Origin: Candidatus Binatia bacterium
Lineage (GTDB): Bacteria; Desulfobacterota; Binatia; Bin18
Assembly: GCA_963666315.2 (NCBI GenBank)
Contig: CAXXHG010000046.1
Location: 64,001-128,000 of the forward strand
Reading direction: 5' to 3'
Length of the DNA stretch: 64,000 nucleotides
Shown here: piece after piece, positions 20,062-29,854 of the stretch
How the letters are laid out: each line of letters opens with the position of its first letter
How positions within the stretch are numbered: the stretch's first letter is position 1
Notes under the pieces: generated by a model
The model's database searches: none
Seen by the model: the letters and a program-made list of their open reading frames with translations, nothing else
Told to the model about the DNA's origin: nothing
Program-made: the position numbers and the translations under genes

Positions 20062-20078
20062 ATGTACAATGTACATAT
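20060..20078. promoter_or_regulatory. Putative BrnA operator palindrome
   Basis: ATATGTACA-A-TGTACATAT abutting the brnT start. Confidence 0.65.
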
Positions 20079-20159
20079 ATTATAGCTGACGGATCAAGAC
20101 AACACCCAGAAGCCGATCTTTACACCTAGAATCGATTTCTTCTACTTCGAAAGAGCCTT

Positions 20160-20502
20160 AGCGGTCGGCGGCAGTGCCTTTGCCAGCCCCTATACTGCGG
20201 TCAAGCACGGCGTTGTGGGACTGACTCGCGCGCAGGCGGTCGAGTTAGCCACGCAGGGGGTCACCGTCAATTGCATCTGTCCAGGCGCTATTCACACGGG
20301 TCTCACCGCCAAAATCCCCGATAAAGTGAAAGACACTTTTGCCCGGCGGCGTGTGCCACTCAAGCGTTACGGTGATCCCGAAGAAGTCGCTCACGCGACC
20401 CTCAGCTTGGTTCTGCCAGCAGCGTCGTATATCAATGGTGCCACCGTTGTCGTTGACGGAGGATTTACCATTCAGAACAAGGGAAGCGCGTTGAGCCGGT
20501 AA
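20160..20502 (+). pseudogene. Duplicated 3' part of the SDR gene (copy of 17085-17427)
   Basis: Colinear 343 bp; about 41 mismatches by my count, mostly synonymous; no 5' half. Confidence 0.92.
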
Positions 20503-20586
20503 ATCGGATTGTGGGAGAGTTCTCCATTATTCAGAGGAAAGCGCACCCAGTGGCCCAGACCAACACTGTGCCGTTCGACTTCATCC

Positions 20587-20615
20587 TTGACCGTGCTTGT
20601 TCCCCGCTGTATAGC
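20587..20615 (+). promoter_or_regulatory. Putative sigma70 promoter (leaderless transcript)
   Basis: TTGACC-17 nt-TATAGC, 6 nt before ATG 20622; no SD. Confidence 0.5.
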
Positions 20616-20621
20616 GCATGT

Positions 20622-20852
20622 ATGGCGCATAAACTTTCCACAACCGTCCAGCTGGATGTCGAAGATGTTGAGGCGCTGGCGCGCGCACGCGCCGATGGGC
20701 TGTCGGCTTCTGATCTCATTCGCCAGGGTCTACGTATCGTCGCGGCTAAATACTACCGCGGCCATCGACGGCCACCTTCGACCGGCCTTTTTATCTCGAC
20801 GATTGCCAAACTAGGTGAGGAATCTGAGCTATTCAAAGACCTCGGGGACTGA
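20622..20852 (+). CDS. RHH-type (VapB-like) antitoxin
   Basis: TTVQLD...GLSASDLIRQGL; immediately upstream of a PIN gene. Confidence 0.75.
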   Translation: MAHKLSTTVQLDVEDVEALARARADGLSASDLIRQGLRIVAAKYYRGHRRPPSTGLFISTIAKLGEESELFKDLGD

Positions 20853-20854
20853 GG

Positions 20855-21277
20855 TTGCCCCTTATTGCTGACACTGGCGGCTTGCTACGCGCCCTCGCCC
20901 GGCGACCAGCACGGCCAGCCTACGAGCAGGTGTTACGCCAGGCTGCGGTCGTGGTGGTGTCTGCCCTAGTGCTGGCCGAAGTCGATTATTTTTTACGTGG
21001 CGAGCGTGCAGCCATGCGCAAGCTGGTAGCCGAGCTGTTCGACCCGACAACGACCTACGAGTTTGAATCTATTCTGCCTTCCGATATTGTCCGGGCGCTT
21101 CAGATTGACGCGAAATTTCGCGAACTAGAGCTTGGCTTGGTAGACGGAAGCGTTGCTGCAGTAACGGAACGCCGACGGATATATCGCGTATTCACAATAG
21201 ACCGCAGGGACTTCGGCACTCTGCGGATTGGGGAACGATATAATCGCGCGCTTACCCTTTTGCCAGAGCAGCCCTAG
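20855..21277 (+). CDS. PIN-domain toxin (VapC-like)
   Basis: LIADTG, VLAEVDY, LGLVDGS, FTIDRRDF. Confidence 0.88.
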   Translation: MPLIADTGGLLRALARRPARPAYEQVLRQAAVVVVSALVLAEVDYFLRGERAAMRKLVAELFDPTTTYEFESILPSDIVRALQIDAKFRELELGLVDGSVAAVTERRRIYRVFTIDRRDFGTLRIGERYNRALTLLPEQP

Positions 21278-21313
21278 AAAAGGGCAGCCACACCACTGAT
21301 ACGCACAGACCGC

Positions 21314-22642
21314 TTACTGCTCCTCCGCGAGAGCCTTCCGTGCGGCGAGCCGCTCAACCTGGCCCGCCACAACGCGGACTTTACGCGGACTGGCCATCCA
21401 CATACTCCCAATGGATACGAAACACAGTCCCATAGCCAGCCAGAACGCCACGGTATAACTCCCGGTTTGGTCAAAGAACAGGCCCGTCACCCAGGGACCC
21501 GTCCCGCCACCCACACTGCCCGCTATCGTCAGCGTGCCGTAGATTCGGCCGTATTGTTTGCCTTGAAATATTTCTGCTGGGATTGCTCCGAACACCGAGA
21601 CTGTGCCATAGCCCAACATGCCTTGAGCGACGACCATACCATATAGTAAGACCGGGGTCGGATGCTCGGGCATGAGGAGCAGCAAGACGTAGCACAGCAC
21701 AAAACCTAGCATGCTGATCGTCCAGACCCATTCCCTCCCAATCCGGTCAGACAAAAACCCGAGCCCAATCTGACCACCGCTGGCGGTCAGCCCAACCAGT
21801 CCCAGAGCGAACGCCGCCGTCTCTAGCGAAAAACCAATGTCGTTGAGATATTTCGTTTGATGCACTTGGATGGCATACCAAGCGTATAGACAACTGGAAA
21901 AAGATACGCACAACCACCAAAAACGTGTGGTACGGATCGCACGGGCCAGCGTCCAATCGGTGGATGCCCAGGCATGATCAACAATATTGTCAGCGCCCGC
22001 CTGCCCGCCGGATGTTGTGTCAGGGATCGCGTCTCCGTCAGGCGCCAAGCCTAAATCCTCGGGACGGCGGCGTTGTAGCAGGATATTCAGCGGGAGCACG
22101 ATAACCAACAGCAAACCGGCCACGACCCAACACGCCTCACGCCAGCCAACCTGGTCGATCATGCTTTGGACCCACGGAAAGAGGATGATCGAGCCCACGC
22201 CCACGCCGGAAAAAGCGAGCCCAAGCGCTAAGCCGCGTTTACGGACAAACCAGTAGGGCAAAAACAAAGAATGACCGAGATAGCTCACCGCAGCACCGCC
22301 TCCACCAACCAGGGCACCGAAGGCCAGGTAGAGATGCCAGGGCTGACTGATGAGCGTAATCAGGACCATACCTGTACTCGCCATAACCGCACCGAGGGGG
22401 ATAACGAAGCGAGGTCCAAAGCGGTCCATCAATATCCCAATCAGTGGGGCGTACACCGTCGAACCGAGAAAACCGAAAGAAAACGCGGCCGCAGTGCTGC
22501 CCCGGTCCCAGCCAAATTCCGTCAGAATCGAGGGGAATAATAAAGAGAAGGTCGTCCGGGTATTCACCCCAATGGCCAGGGTGACAAAGGCGACGGCAAC
22601 CACTATCCAACCGTAAAAAATAGGCAATCTATTATGCGACAT
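21314..22642 (-). CDS. MFS transporter
   Basis: FYGWIVV start, G.LMDRFGPR and G.LSDRIGRE motif A, about 12 hydrophobic segments. Confidence 0.93.
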   Translation of the reverse strand: MSHNRLPIFYGWIVVAVAFVTLAIGVNTRTTFSLLFPSILTEFGWDRGSTAAAFSFGFLGSTVYAPLIGILMDRFGPRFVIPLGAVMASTGMVLITLISQPWHLYLAFGALVGGGGAAVSYLGHSLFLPYWFVRKRGLALGLAFSGVGVGSIILFPWVQSMIDQVGWREACWVVAGLLLVIVLPLNILLQRRRPEDLGLAPDGDAIPDTTSGGQAGADNIVDHAWASTDWTLARAIRTTRFWWLCVSFSSCLYAWYAIQVHQTKYLNDIGFSLETAAFALGLVGLTASGGQIGLGFLSDRIGREWVWTISMLGFVLCYVLLLLMPEHPTPVLLYGMVVAQGMLGYGTVSVFGAIPAEIFQGKQYGRIYGTLTIAGSVGGGTGPWVTGLFFDQTGSYTVAFWLAMGLCFVSIGSMWMASPRKVRVVAGQVERLAARKALAEEQ

Positions 22643-22752
22643 GATGACTGTTTCCACTCTACCAATAGCAACCCACTCGTTGCCCGTTGTCTTCTGTGCC
22701 CAGAGCGATTACCCTTTCTTGATCGCGATACAGCATGGTAAGGAGTGCCTAT

Positions 22753-23607
22753 ATGGAATTCGAAACCTTGGCCACTGGCTACGGACTTGTCGAAGGTCCA
22801 CGCACCGATGATCAGAATCGGCTCTATTACAGTGATGTCCGTGGTGGCGGCGTTTTTCGACGTAGCCCGGACGGAGAGATCGAGGCATTGCTCCCAGACC
22901 GCAAGTTTGTAGGCGGGATCGCGCTGAACGAGGGCGGCGGCATATTGGTCACGGGTCTGTCGCTTGCTCAATGGAATGAACAATCCGGCGAGCTGCGAGA
23001 AATCTTTACCGAATGGGAGGGCAAACGCCTTTTTGGTCTGAACGACTTGACCATGGATGACCAGGGCAGTATCTGGGTCGGCTCGTTCGGTTGCAATATC
23101 CAGCAATTCGATTTCAAGAGTACACCCCCGCCGGGCTCGCTCTTCCGGATCGATCCGCCCGGGCAGGTGACACATATGTGGGAGGGTGTCGAGGTGACAA
23201 ATGGTCTGGGTTTTAGTCCGGACCGGAAACTGCTCTACCACTGTGATTCAACCACGCGCGCCGTCTGGGTGTATGAAGTCCGGGCAGATCGAACGGTCAG
23301 CAATCGACAGCTCTTCGCCAAGCTGCCTGAAGGTATGCCCGACGGCATGACCGTTGACGTTGAAGGTGGCGTCTGGGTGGCCACAGTTGCCGGACGAGGT
23401 GAAATCATTCGTTTTAAGCCTGATGGGACAATTGATCAGCGCATCAAAGTCCCAGCCAAAACGGTCACCAGTGTCGCGTTTGGGGGTCCCGACATGTGCG
23501 ACCTCTACGTCGTTACCGCCAACAACGACCAGCGCGACCTCAAGGGGACCGTTTTTCGCACCCGTTCGGAGATTCCTGGTTTACCTGTTCCGAAGGCGCG
23601 CTTTTAG
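22753..23607 (+). CDS. SMP-30/gluconolactonase/LRE family protein
   Basis: EGP, NDL, NGLGFSPD, PDGMTVD.EG, TSVAFGG. Confidence 0.95.
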   Translation: MEFETLATGYGLVEGPRTDDQNRLYYSDVRGGGVFRRSPDGEIEALLPDRKFVGGIALNEGGGILVTGLSLAQWNEQSGELREIFTEWEGKRLFGLNDLTMDDQGSIWVGSFGCNIQQFDFKSTPPPGSLFRIDPPGQVTHMWEGVEVTNGLGFSPDRKLLYHCDSTTRAVWVYEVRADRTVSNRQLFAKLPEGMPDGMTVDVEGGVWVATVAGRGEIIRFKPDGTIDQRIKVPAKTVTSVAFGGPDMCDLYVVTANNDQRDLKGTVFRTRSEIPGLPVPKARF

Positions 23608-23800
23608 TGCTGGCCATAGATGCAGCAACGTACTCAGAGCCCTCTCGTAGTCAACCACAGGGAAACCAAAATCGTTACGCATAAGTGGTAACTCGATACG
23701 GCTGGTCAGGTGTCTAAAGAATACGGCTTTTTTACACTGCGGACAGAGCTAGGACGGTTGGCATTAAGGAGCCTATGCCTATAAGGGAGAATCATTAGGA

Positions 23801-24985
23801 ATGAGGCACATAACACCCGGATGCGCCAGCATATTTGGTTGTCGGCTGCTTGTCCTCGATTTCTTCTTATTTGTCGTGCTCGGCTTGGACGTTTCCTTCG
23901 CTCAGGAACGCGATGAGTCTTACGGGCTGCAGCTTGACGGCTGGCAGGGAACGCGACCGGCGCCTCAACAAGCTCCCCGGCCCTCCTCTCCTCAACGATA
24001 TGCACCCCTCCAGCCACAAGTCTTGGAGTTGCCGCCGACCGGACAGCCGTCTGTCCAGGAGTTTCCTCAGCAGCAGACGATTCCATCTGTACGGCGACTG
24101 CCGTCCTCTAAACGGCCGAAGCAGTTGCTCACCATCACCGTAACCGACCAGAATGGGCAATACGTAAGCGGACTGCGGGCTGAAGACTTCATGCTATACG
24201 AAGGCGATCTATCGCAGCCGATTACGTATTTCAACACGGGCCAACAGGAACCGGTGAGTCTGGGCTTCCTGGTCGACATGAGTGAGAGCATGCATGGCAA
24301 GCGCAGACGGGCCGTACAAGCGCTACGTAAATTTGTGCTCGCTATCAGGCCCCGGGATGAGGTTTTTCTTGTCGGGTTTAACCATCAGCTCCATCTATTG
24401 CAGGACTTTACCGACAGCCGGACGCTCTTGACCCAAGCCACCGCCGGACTCCAGACCTCGGGAAATACGGCCCTGTACGATGCCTTGCTCGACGGGCTCC
24501 GACGGGTCCAAACAGGCCAGCGTCAGAAGAGAGCGCTCATTCTCATCAGTGACGGCATGGATACAGCGAGCCAGGCCTCTCGTGAAGAAGCCGTTCGTGC
24601 CGCGCGGCGTGCCAACATTCTCGTCTACACCATAGGTCTTGGCGATCTCAGCCAACCCACCCGGAGACCGAGCATGCCCATGATGGGAGGTATGGGTGGC
24701 CCTTTTATGCCCAGCCGCGGGCGGTCCAATCTCGGCGCGGTCGATGTGCGTCTGCTGCAGACCCTGAGTGATGTGACTGGAGCGCGGCACTTTTTTCTGA
24801 GCACTAGAGACGTCCTCGGCAGTCAGGATGTGCTCGAATATGCAACCCAGACCATAGCCCATGAACTCCGTCAGCAGTACAGCCTCGGCTACCTCTCCCC
24901 GCTCAAAGGCGACGTATACCGCGACGTACGAATCGAGACTCGACGGCGAGGACTGACCATCCGCACCCATAAGGGCAGCGGTTAG
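23801..24985 (+). CDS. Secreted VWA-domain protein
   Basis: Signal-like N-terminus; DMSES MIDAS, TALYDA, ISDG.D, ELRQQYSLGY. Confidence 0.9.
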   Translation: MRHITPGCASIFGCRLLVLDFFLFVVLGLDVSFAQERDESYGLQLDGWQGTRPAPQQAPRPSSPQRYAPLQPQVLELPPTGQPSVQEFPQQQTIPSVRRLPSSKRPKQLLTITVTDQNGQYVSGLRAEDFMLYEGDLSQPITYFNTGQQEPVSLGFLVDMSESMHGKRRRAVQALRKFVLAIRPRDEVFLVGFNHQLHLLQDFTDSRTLLTQATAGLQTSGNTALYDALLDGLRRVQTGQRQKRALILISDGMDTASQASREEAVRAARRANILVYTIGLGDLSQPTRRPSMPMMGGMGGPFMPSRGRSNLGAVDVRLLQTLSDVTGARHFFLSTRDVLGSQDVLEYATQTIAHELRQQYSLGYLSPLKGDVYRDVRIETRRRGLTIRTHKGSG

Positions 24986-25124
24986 AACCTCTCTCGTGAC
25001 CTTCTCCGGGTGTGAGGACACGGCGCAATATACTCTGCCCAAGAGCCGTGCCGCCCACCGCTTCCTCTTGCCTAGACCTCCAGTCTCTTATATCTCTGAT
25101 ACTCTTAAACAAGGAGGGACGATT

Positions 25125-26474
25125 ATGCATTTCATGTGGTTCAGTGAACGAGCCTACCATTATGATCTGGACGAACATCCGGACAAATACCGTGAACTCG
25201 AAAACGAAGTCATACGCAAACGTAGCTTTTTTGGTACGCCGAATAGTATGTTTGAGCCTGCGCACGGTGCAAAACTGCTCAATCAGTATCTGGATGAGAA
25301 GATCTACACAGACCAAGAGCTGCTCAACTTCGATGGCATTATGCTCAATGAGCACCATGCCAACCCGTTTTGTCTGGGTGCAGTCATGGATGTCGAAGCC
25401 TCTGTTTTGGCCAAGACGACCCAGCGAATCAGAATCGCCCTGTTGGGAAATCCGGTTCCTACCGTAGCGAATGCGCTGCGTCTGGCCGAAGAGCTGGCTA
25501 TGATCGACCTGATTTCAAACGGCCGCTTGACCACAGGCTGGGTGCGTGGCGCGGGCCCCGAGCAGCTCGCCAATAATGCCAACCCGGCCTATAACCGTGA
25601 ATATTTTGAAGAGGGTGTAACCTTTATCGTGAAGGCATGGACCCAGGCCGGTCCGTTCCGCTATGAAGGCAAGCACTTTCACTTCCGGCATGTGAATCCG
25701 TGGGTACTGCCCGTCCAAAAGCCACATCCGCCCTTCTGGATCCCTGGCCTCATCAGCCCTGAGACAGTGGCGTGGTGCGCAAAAAACCGCTATCCCTACG
25801 TAGCCCTGGCGACGCGACTCGAGCCGACTTTAGAGCTATGGAATTTTTACAACCAGGCCGCCGCTCGTGAGGGCTACCAAGCCGGTCCGGAGAATTTCGG
25901 TTATTTGCAGCCCGTCATGGTCGCGGATACACAGGAGCGCGCCGAGGAGATGGGCAAACGCATTCTGTACGGCGGTGCCTTCGCCCACTTTGCCCGTCCC
26001 GAATGGATGTTCCCTCCGGGTTATAACTCGAAAGCCGCGACTCAACGCCTGGCCCAAACAAACTTCGGCATCAACGCCTCTGCGAGGGCGCTGTATGGTG
26101 AAGGCGGAGAAACGACTGACGAGGAGATCGAAGCCGTCAAGAAGGTCATTTATGACACCTATCCTGGGGTACAGAAAGAGATGGTTATGATCGCCGGCAC
26201 ACCTGACAACGTGATTGCGAAACTCAAAAAAATCCAGGATATTCTACGGCCGGGTATCTTCTCCTTCTGGCTCGACGGTCCGGTTCCGTTCAAGGATCGG
26301 AAGCGTTGCCTGGAGCTCCTCAACCGAGATGTCATTCCCGCCATGCGCGAGCACGGCAAGACGCTCGGCTTGGTCGGTCCGTTTGAACAGCAACCAGGTT
26401 TACGCCCACTGGCCAACGGCAAACCCGAGCCGGTCAGCGATCCACAGGTGCTGGCCGAGCTGATGGCTGCCTAA
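25125..26474 (+). CDS. LLM class flavin-dependent oxidoreductase
   Basis: NEHH, RLAEELAMIDLISNGRL, PVQKPHPP; SD AAGGAGG. Confidence 0.93.
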   Translation: MHFMWFSERAYHYDLDEHPDKYRELENEVIRKRSFFGTPNSMFEPAHGAKLLNQYLDEKIYTDQELLNFDGIMLNEHHANPFCLGAVMDVEASVLAKTTQRIRIALLGNPVPTVANALRLAEELAMIDLISNGRLTTGWVRGAGPEQLANNANPAYNREYFEEGVTFIVKAWTQAGPFRYEGKHFHFRHVNPWVLPVQKPHPPFWIPGLISPETVAWCAKNRYPYVALATRLEPTLELWNFYNQAAAREGYQAGPENFGYLQPVMVADTQERAEEMGKRILYGGAFAHFARPEWMFPPGYNSKAATQRLAQTNFGINASARALYGEGGETTDEEIEAVKKVIYDTYPGVQKEMVMIAGTPDNVIAKLKKIQDILRPGIFSFWLDGPVPFKDRKRCLELLNRDVIPAMREHGKTLGLVGPFEQQPGLRPLANGKPEPVSDPQVLAELMAA

Positions 26475-26636
26475 GCCTCAAACGTCATTGATCAATCTCA
26501 CCGGCCGGACGGCTCTGCCTTGATTTGGGGAGCCCAATCCGGTCGGGATAACCCTTACCTCAGCACTAGAAATCATTATCGAGGCCGCTGGTGACGTGCC
26601 GCACCTGGAACAGCGTAAGGTCGTTGGAATAAAACC

Positions 26637-27659
26637 ATGCCCGCAGCCCATTCACTCCTCAAGCAGCAGCAAACCTTTCCCGCATATATCCGCTACCCCG
26701 TACTGGCCCTCACCTATGTACTGATCAAACCGGTCCTGTGGTTGGTGGACAAGGCCGGCTACTCCGATCGCCTCTGGACGGCGGTCGGATACAAAATGCG
26801 CGCGAAGCTTGTCGAGGGCCACGACTTCGGCGACTACCGCCCTAGCCAACACGATGTGGTGGTGTGTACCTTTCCCAAATGCGGCACAAATTGGACCATG
26901 CAGATTGCCTATCAAATCGCGATGCGGGGTCGGGGAGAGTATGGGCATATTCATGAAGTGATTCCGTGGCCGGATTTTGCCAAGCAAGACTTGGTGGTTC
27001 CCTTATCGGACGATACGGCGCGCCAAGCCGCCCCTACAGGACTGCGCGTGATTAAGACCCATTTGGAGTGGGACCGGGTACCCTACACCGATAAGGCACG
27101 CTATATCTGTGTGATCCGCGACCCTAAAGATGCCTTTGTCTCTAACTACCACTTTATCCGTGATGTGATGCTCGGTCCCCTGATGCCCGCTGTTGCCATA
27201 TGGGTACGACTCTTTTTTTCTGATGCGACTCCTTTTAACTGGTCTGAACACTTGCACGGCTACTGGCAGAACCGTCACCTGCCCAACTTGTTGATCCTGA
27301 CCTTTGAAGAGATGAAAGCAGACCTGCCCATGGTCGTGCGTCATATTGCCGAGTTTATGCGGGTGGAGCTGACGGACGGCGAGTTTGACCTGGTGTGCCA
27401 GAAGAGCACGTTTGCCTATATGAAAGGGATTAACGAAAAATTCGCCCCGCCGGCCTTGAGTCCATGGTCATCGCCCAACAGACAAATGATCCGCAAGGGT
27501 CAAAGCGGAGGATCGTCCGAACTCTTGTCTGCTGAGCTGCAGCGCTTTATCGATACCCAATGTAAAGCCGATCTTCAACGCTTGGAATGTGCCTTCCCCT
27601 ACGGCGAGGCGTGGGAGGACCTGTCCGTTGGCGCAGAGCGCGCCGCCGCCCAAGCGTAA
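26637..27659 (+). CDS. Sulfotransferase domain protein
   Basis: FPKCGTNW, IKTH, RDPKDAFVS, RKGQSG PAPS-binding motifs. Confidence 0.92.
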   Translation: MPAAHSLLKQQQTFPAYIRYPVLALTYVLIKPVLWLVDKAGYSDRLWTAVGYKMRAKLVEGHDFGDYRPSQHDVVVCTFPKCGTNWTMQIAYQIAMRGRGEYGHIHEVIPWPDFAKQDLVVPLSDDTARQAAPTGLRVIKTHLEWDRVPYTDKARYICVIRDPKDAFVSNYHFIRDVMLGPLMPAVAIWVRLFFSDATPFNWSEHLHGYWQNRHLPNLLILTFEEMKADLPMVVRHIAEFMRVELTDGEFDLVCQKSTFAYMKGINEKFAPPALSPWSSPNRQMIRKGQSGGSSELLSAELQRFIDTQCKADLQRLECAFPYGEAWEDLSVGAERAAAQA

Positions 27660-28559
27660 AGCGGTTTACCCAGCCCTCCGCTCGAGCCCAACGCTCCGCT
27701 TTTGCGCAGCGCGCTGACCCTGTCTGCATCGTATCCGAGTTCGGCCAGGACCTCGTCCGTGTGCTCGCCCAGCGGAGGTGCGCGCTGTGGCTGGCGTTTC
27801 GTTTCGCCCTGAAGCCAGATCGGACTGTTGACCACTTCTACCTTGCCTACGGTCTCATGCTCAAAGCCAACAAAGAAGTCGTTGGAACGCATCTGCGCAT
27901 CGTGGGGGGCCTCCTCAGTGCGTCCAACCACACCGAAGGTGATCTGCGCATCGTCCAAAATCTGCTTCCACTGGGCGAGGTCTTTAGTCTCAAAAGCAGC
28001 CTGGATCTCTTGGGCCAGGGCTTGGGCATTGTCAAGCCCTGGGCGGACTTCGGCGAAACGCACATCTTCCAGCCACTCAGGGTAGCCCAGGGCTGTGACG
28101 AAAAGGGGCCAGTCTTTGTCGGGCTGGATCACAGCCAGGCTTGTCTATCTCGTCCCCGTTTTCTCCGTCGCCCGTGACCTGGGCATAGACCAGGCGCTCA
28201 TTTACCGGCGCCAGGTCCTCGTAGCGTATCTTCAGCCGTTCCAGCACGCGGGGTGGGAAATTGGTCACGAATACGTCCGTTGTGCGGATCAGGTCGAGCA
28301 AGATTTCATGTCCGGCATCAACTTTCATATCAAGAACCATCCCATGCTTGTTACGGTTATCGTGCTGGAACATGTAGTCCAGTTCGCTGGCTGGGAAGGG
28401 CGTTACCTTATGCGCATAGCGGTACGGATCTCCAATGCCGGGGCTCTCGATCTTAATCACCTCTGCGCCGAAATCGGACATCACGGTGGTACTCGCCGGA
28501 CCAAAGATATAGGTCGCCATGTCTATCACCTGAATGCCGGACAAGATCCCTTGCGCCAT
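27599..28559 (-). pseudogene. CaiB/BaiF CoA-transferase with an internal deletion and frameshift
   Basis: N-part (GPAS..DFGAEVIKIE, NRNK, DKPG) joins out of frame at ~28130 to the C-part (IQPDKDW...APPLGEHT); central catalytic region absent. Confidence 0.85.
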
Positions 28560-28781
28560 ACGCTCCTCCTGTCATGTGTGGACGGGTCAATGCGGTGACT
28601 TCATCTTTCGTCGGCCTGCGTAGCAAATTCCTGCGCTAGAGTCACGGGTTCAGCTGCGGAATCTTACGGTCGCACACAACTTTCCGAACGCCGAGCACTC
28701 GAATTTGTGGATGGAAAAAGTTACTATGCACCAAGGTGGCGATACGAGTCGCAAGTTTAGAGGGATACAGGAGGGATACAC

Positions 28782-29591
28782 ATGAGCGATTTCGATGCGA
28801 CGCAGCGTGTCCTAGTCAGCTATATAGACAAGTCGCGCGAGTACTACCTGGCACGCGGTCACGCCAATCCCTACCGCTGGGCGACCCATGAGGACACGCC
28901 CTTCGCATCGCTTGTCAAACCGCTCAGCGAGAGCCGGGTCGCCTTGGTCACGACCGCGAGCCTCAGCTCGGAGGATAGTCGTGCGCGGGCAGTGTACGCC
29001 GCTGCCACCCAACCAGCGCCGGAATCCCTGTATACGAACCACCTATCATGGCACAAAGAGGCCACGCACACGCGTGATGTCGAGTCCTTCCTGCCGATTC
29101 ACCGCCTTGAGGAGTACGCGGCTGCCGGTCGCATCGGCAGTCTGTCAGCACGCTTCTACGGCGTCCCAACAGACTTCAGCCAACGTCAGACCGTCTACGC
29201 CGATGCCCCGGCAGTCCTTGATCAGTGCCGCGCCGATGCCGTCGATGCCGTGCTGCTCGTCGCACTCTGACCGGTCTGCCACCAGACCGTGAGTCTGGTC
29301 GCTCGATACCTTGAGGCGAATGGCCTGCCGACCGTCATCCTCGGCTCGGCGCGGGATATCGTCGAGCAATGCGGCGTTGCTCGCTTTGTATTCACAGACT
29401 TTCCCCTGGGTAATCCGTGTGGCAAACCGGATGATGCCGCCATGCAACGAGAGATCGTCGCTATTGCACTCGACCTGCTTGAGACTGCGCGTTATCCGCG
29501 CACTACTGTCCAGACTCCGTTTCAGTGGGACGCAACCGGTGAGTGGCGCGCCACGTATATGGAGCTGCCGTCGGATAATGAGGCCGCGTAA
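28782..29591 (+). CDS. Selenoprotein, GrdB/PrdB-like reductase B family (UGA 29268-29270 = Sec)
   Basis: LVAL-UGA-PVCHQTVSLVARYLEANG forms a UxxC motif in frame; SECIS-like hairpin follows; 269 aa if read through. Confidence 0.85.
29281..29299 (+). promoter_or_regulatory. Bacterial SECIS-like hairpin
   Basis: ACCAGAC-CGTGA-GTCTGGT starting 11 nt after the UGA, G in the apical loop. Confidence 0.7.
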
Positions 29592-29601
29592 TAGTGTTCC
29601 C

Positions 29602-29652
29602 GTAGGGTGCAGCCTCTGCACCCTTCTGCTTGGTGCGCAGGGCGCACCCTAC
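29602..29652. repeat. GTAG-type REP (REPIN-like)
   Basis: GTAGGGTGCAGCCTCTGC...GCGCACCCTAC, similar to 16382-16431. Confidence 0.8.
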
Positions 29653-29694
29653 TGTCGCGTCCGAGTCGAAACTGTGCGTTGTGTTGTGACCGAT

Positions 29695-29802
29695 CCTTCC
29701 TTCGACTCTGCTCAGGACAGGCTTCGACAAGCTCAGGGCGAACGGAAAAAGAGGTGGCAGACAAGGTCCCTTCGTGCTGAGCCCCGTCGAAGCATGAACG
29801 GA
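29695..29802. repeat. CTTCGAC..GCTCAG-type dispersed palindromic repeat
   Basis: CTTCGACTCTGCTCAGG, CTTCGACAAGCTCAGGGCGAACGG and inverted CTGAGCCCCGTCGAAG. Confidence 0.7.
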
Positions 29803-29854
29803 CCGTCATGCACAACTTCAACGTAGACGCGACCCTACCAAAAGATCTCTCAGC

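Noticed and set aside
7900-21300. Integron cassette array (short genes and TA modules)
   Set aside because: No convincing RYYYAAC...GTTRRRY attC sites, mixed gene orientations, and no IntI-type integrase.
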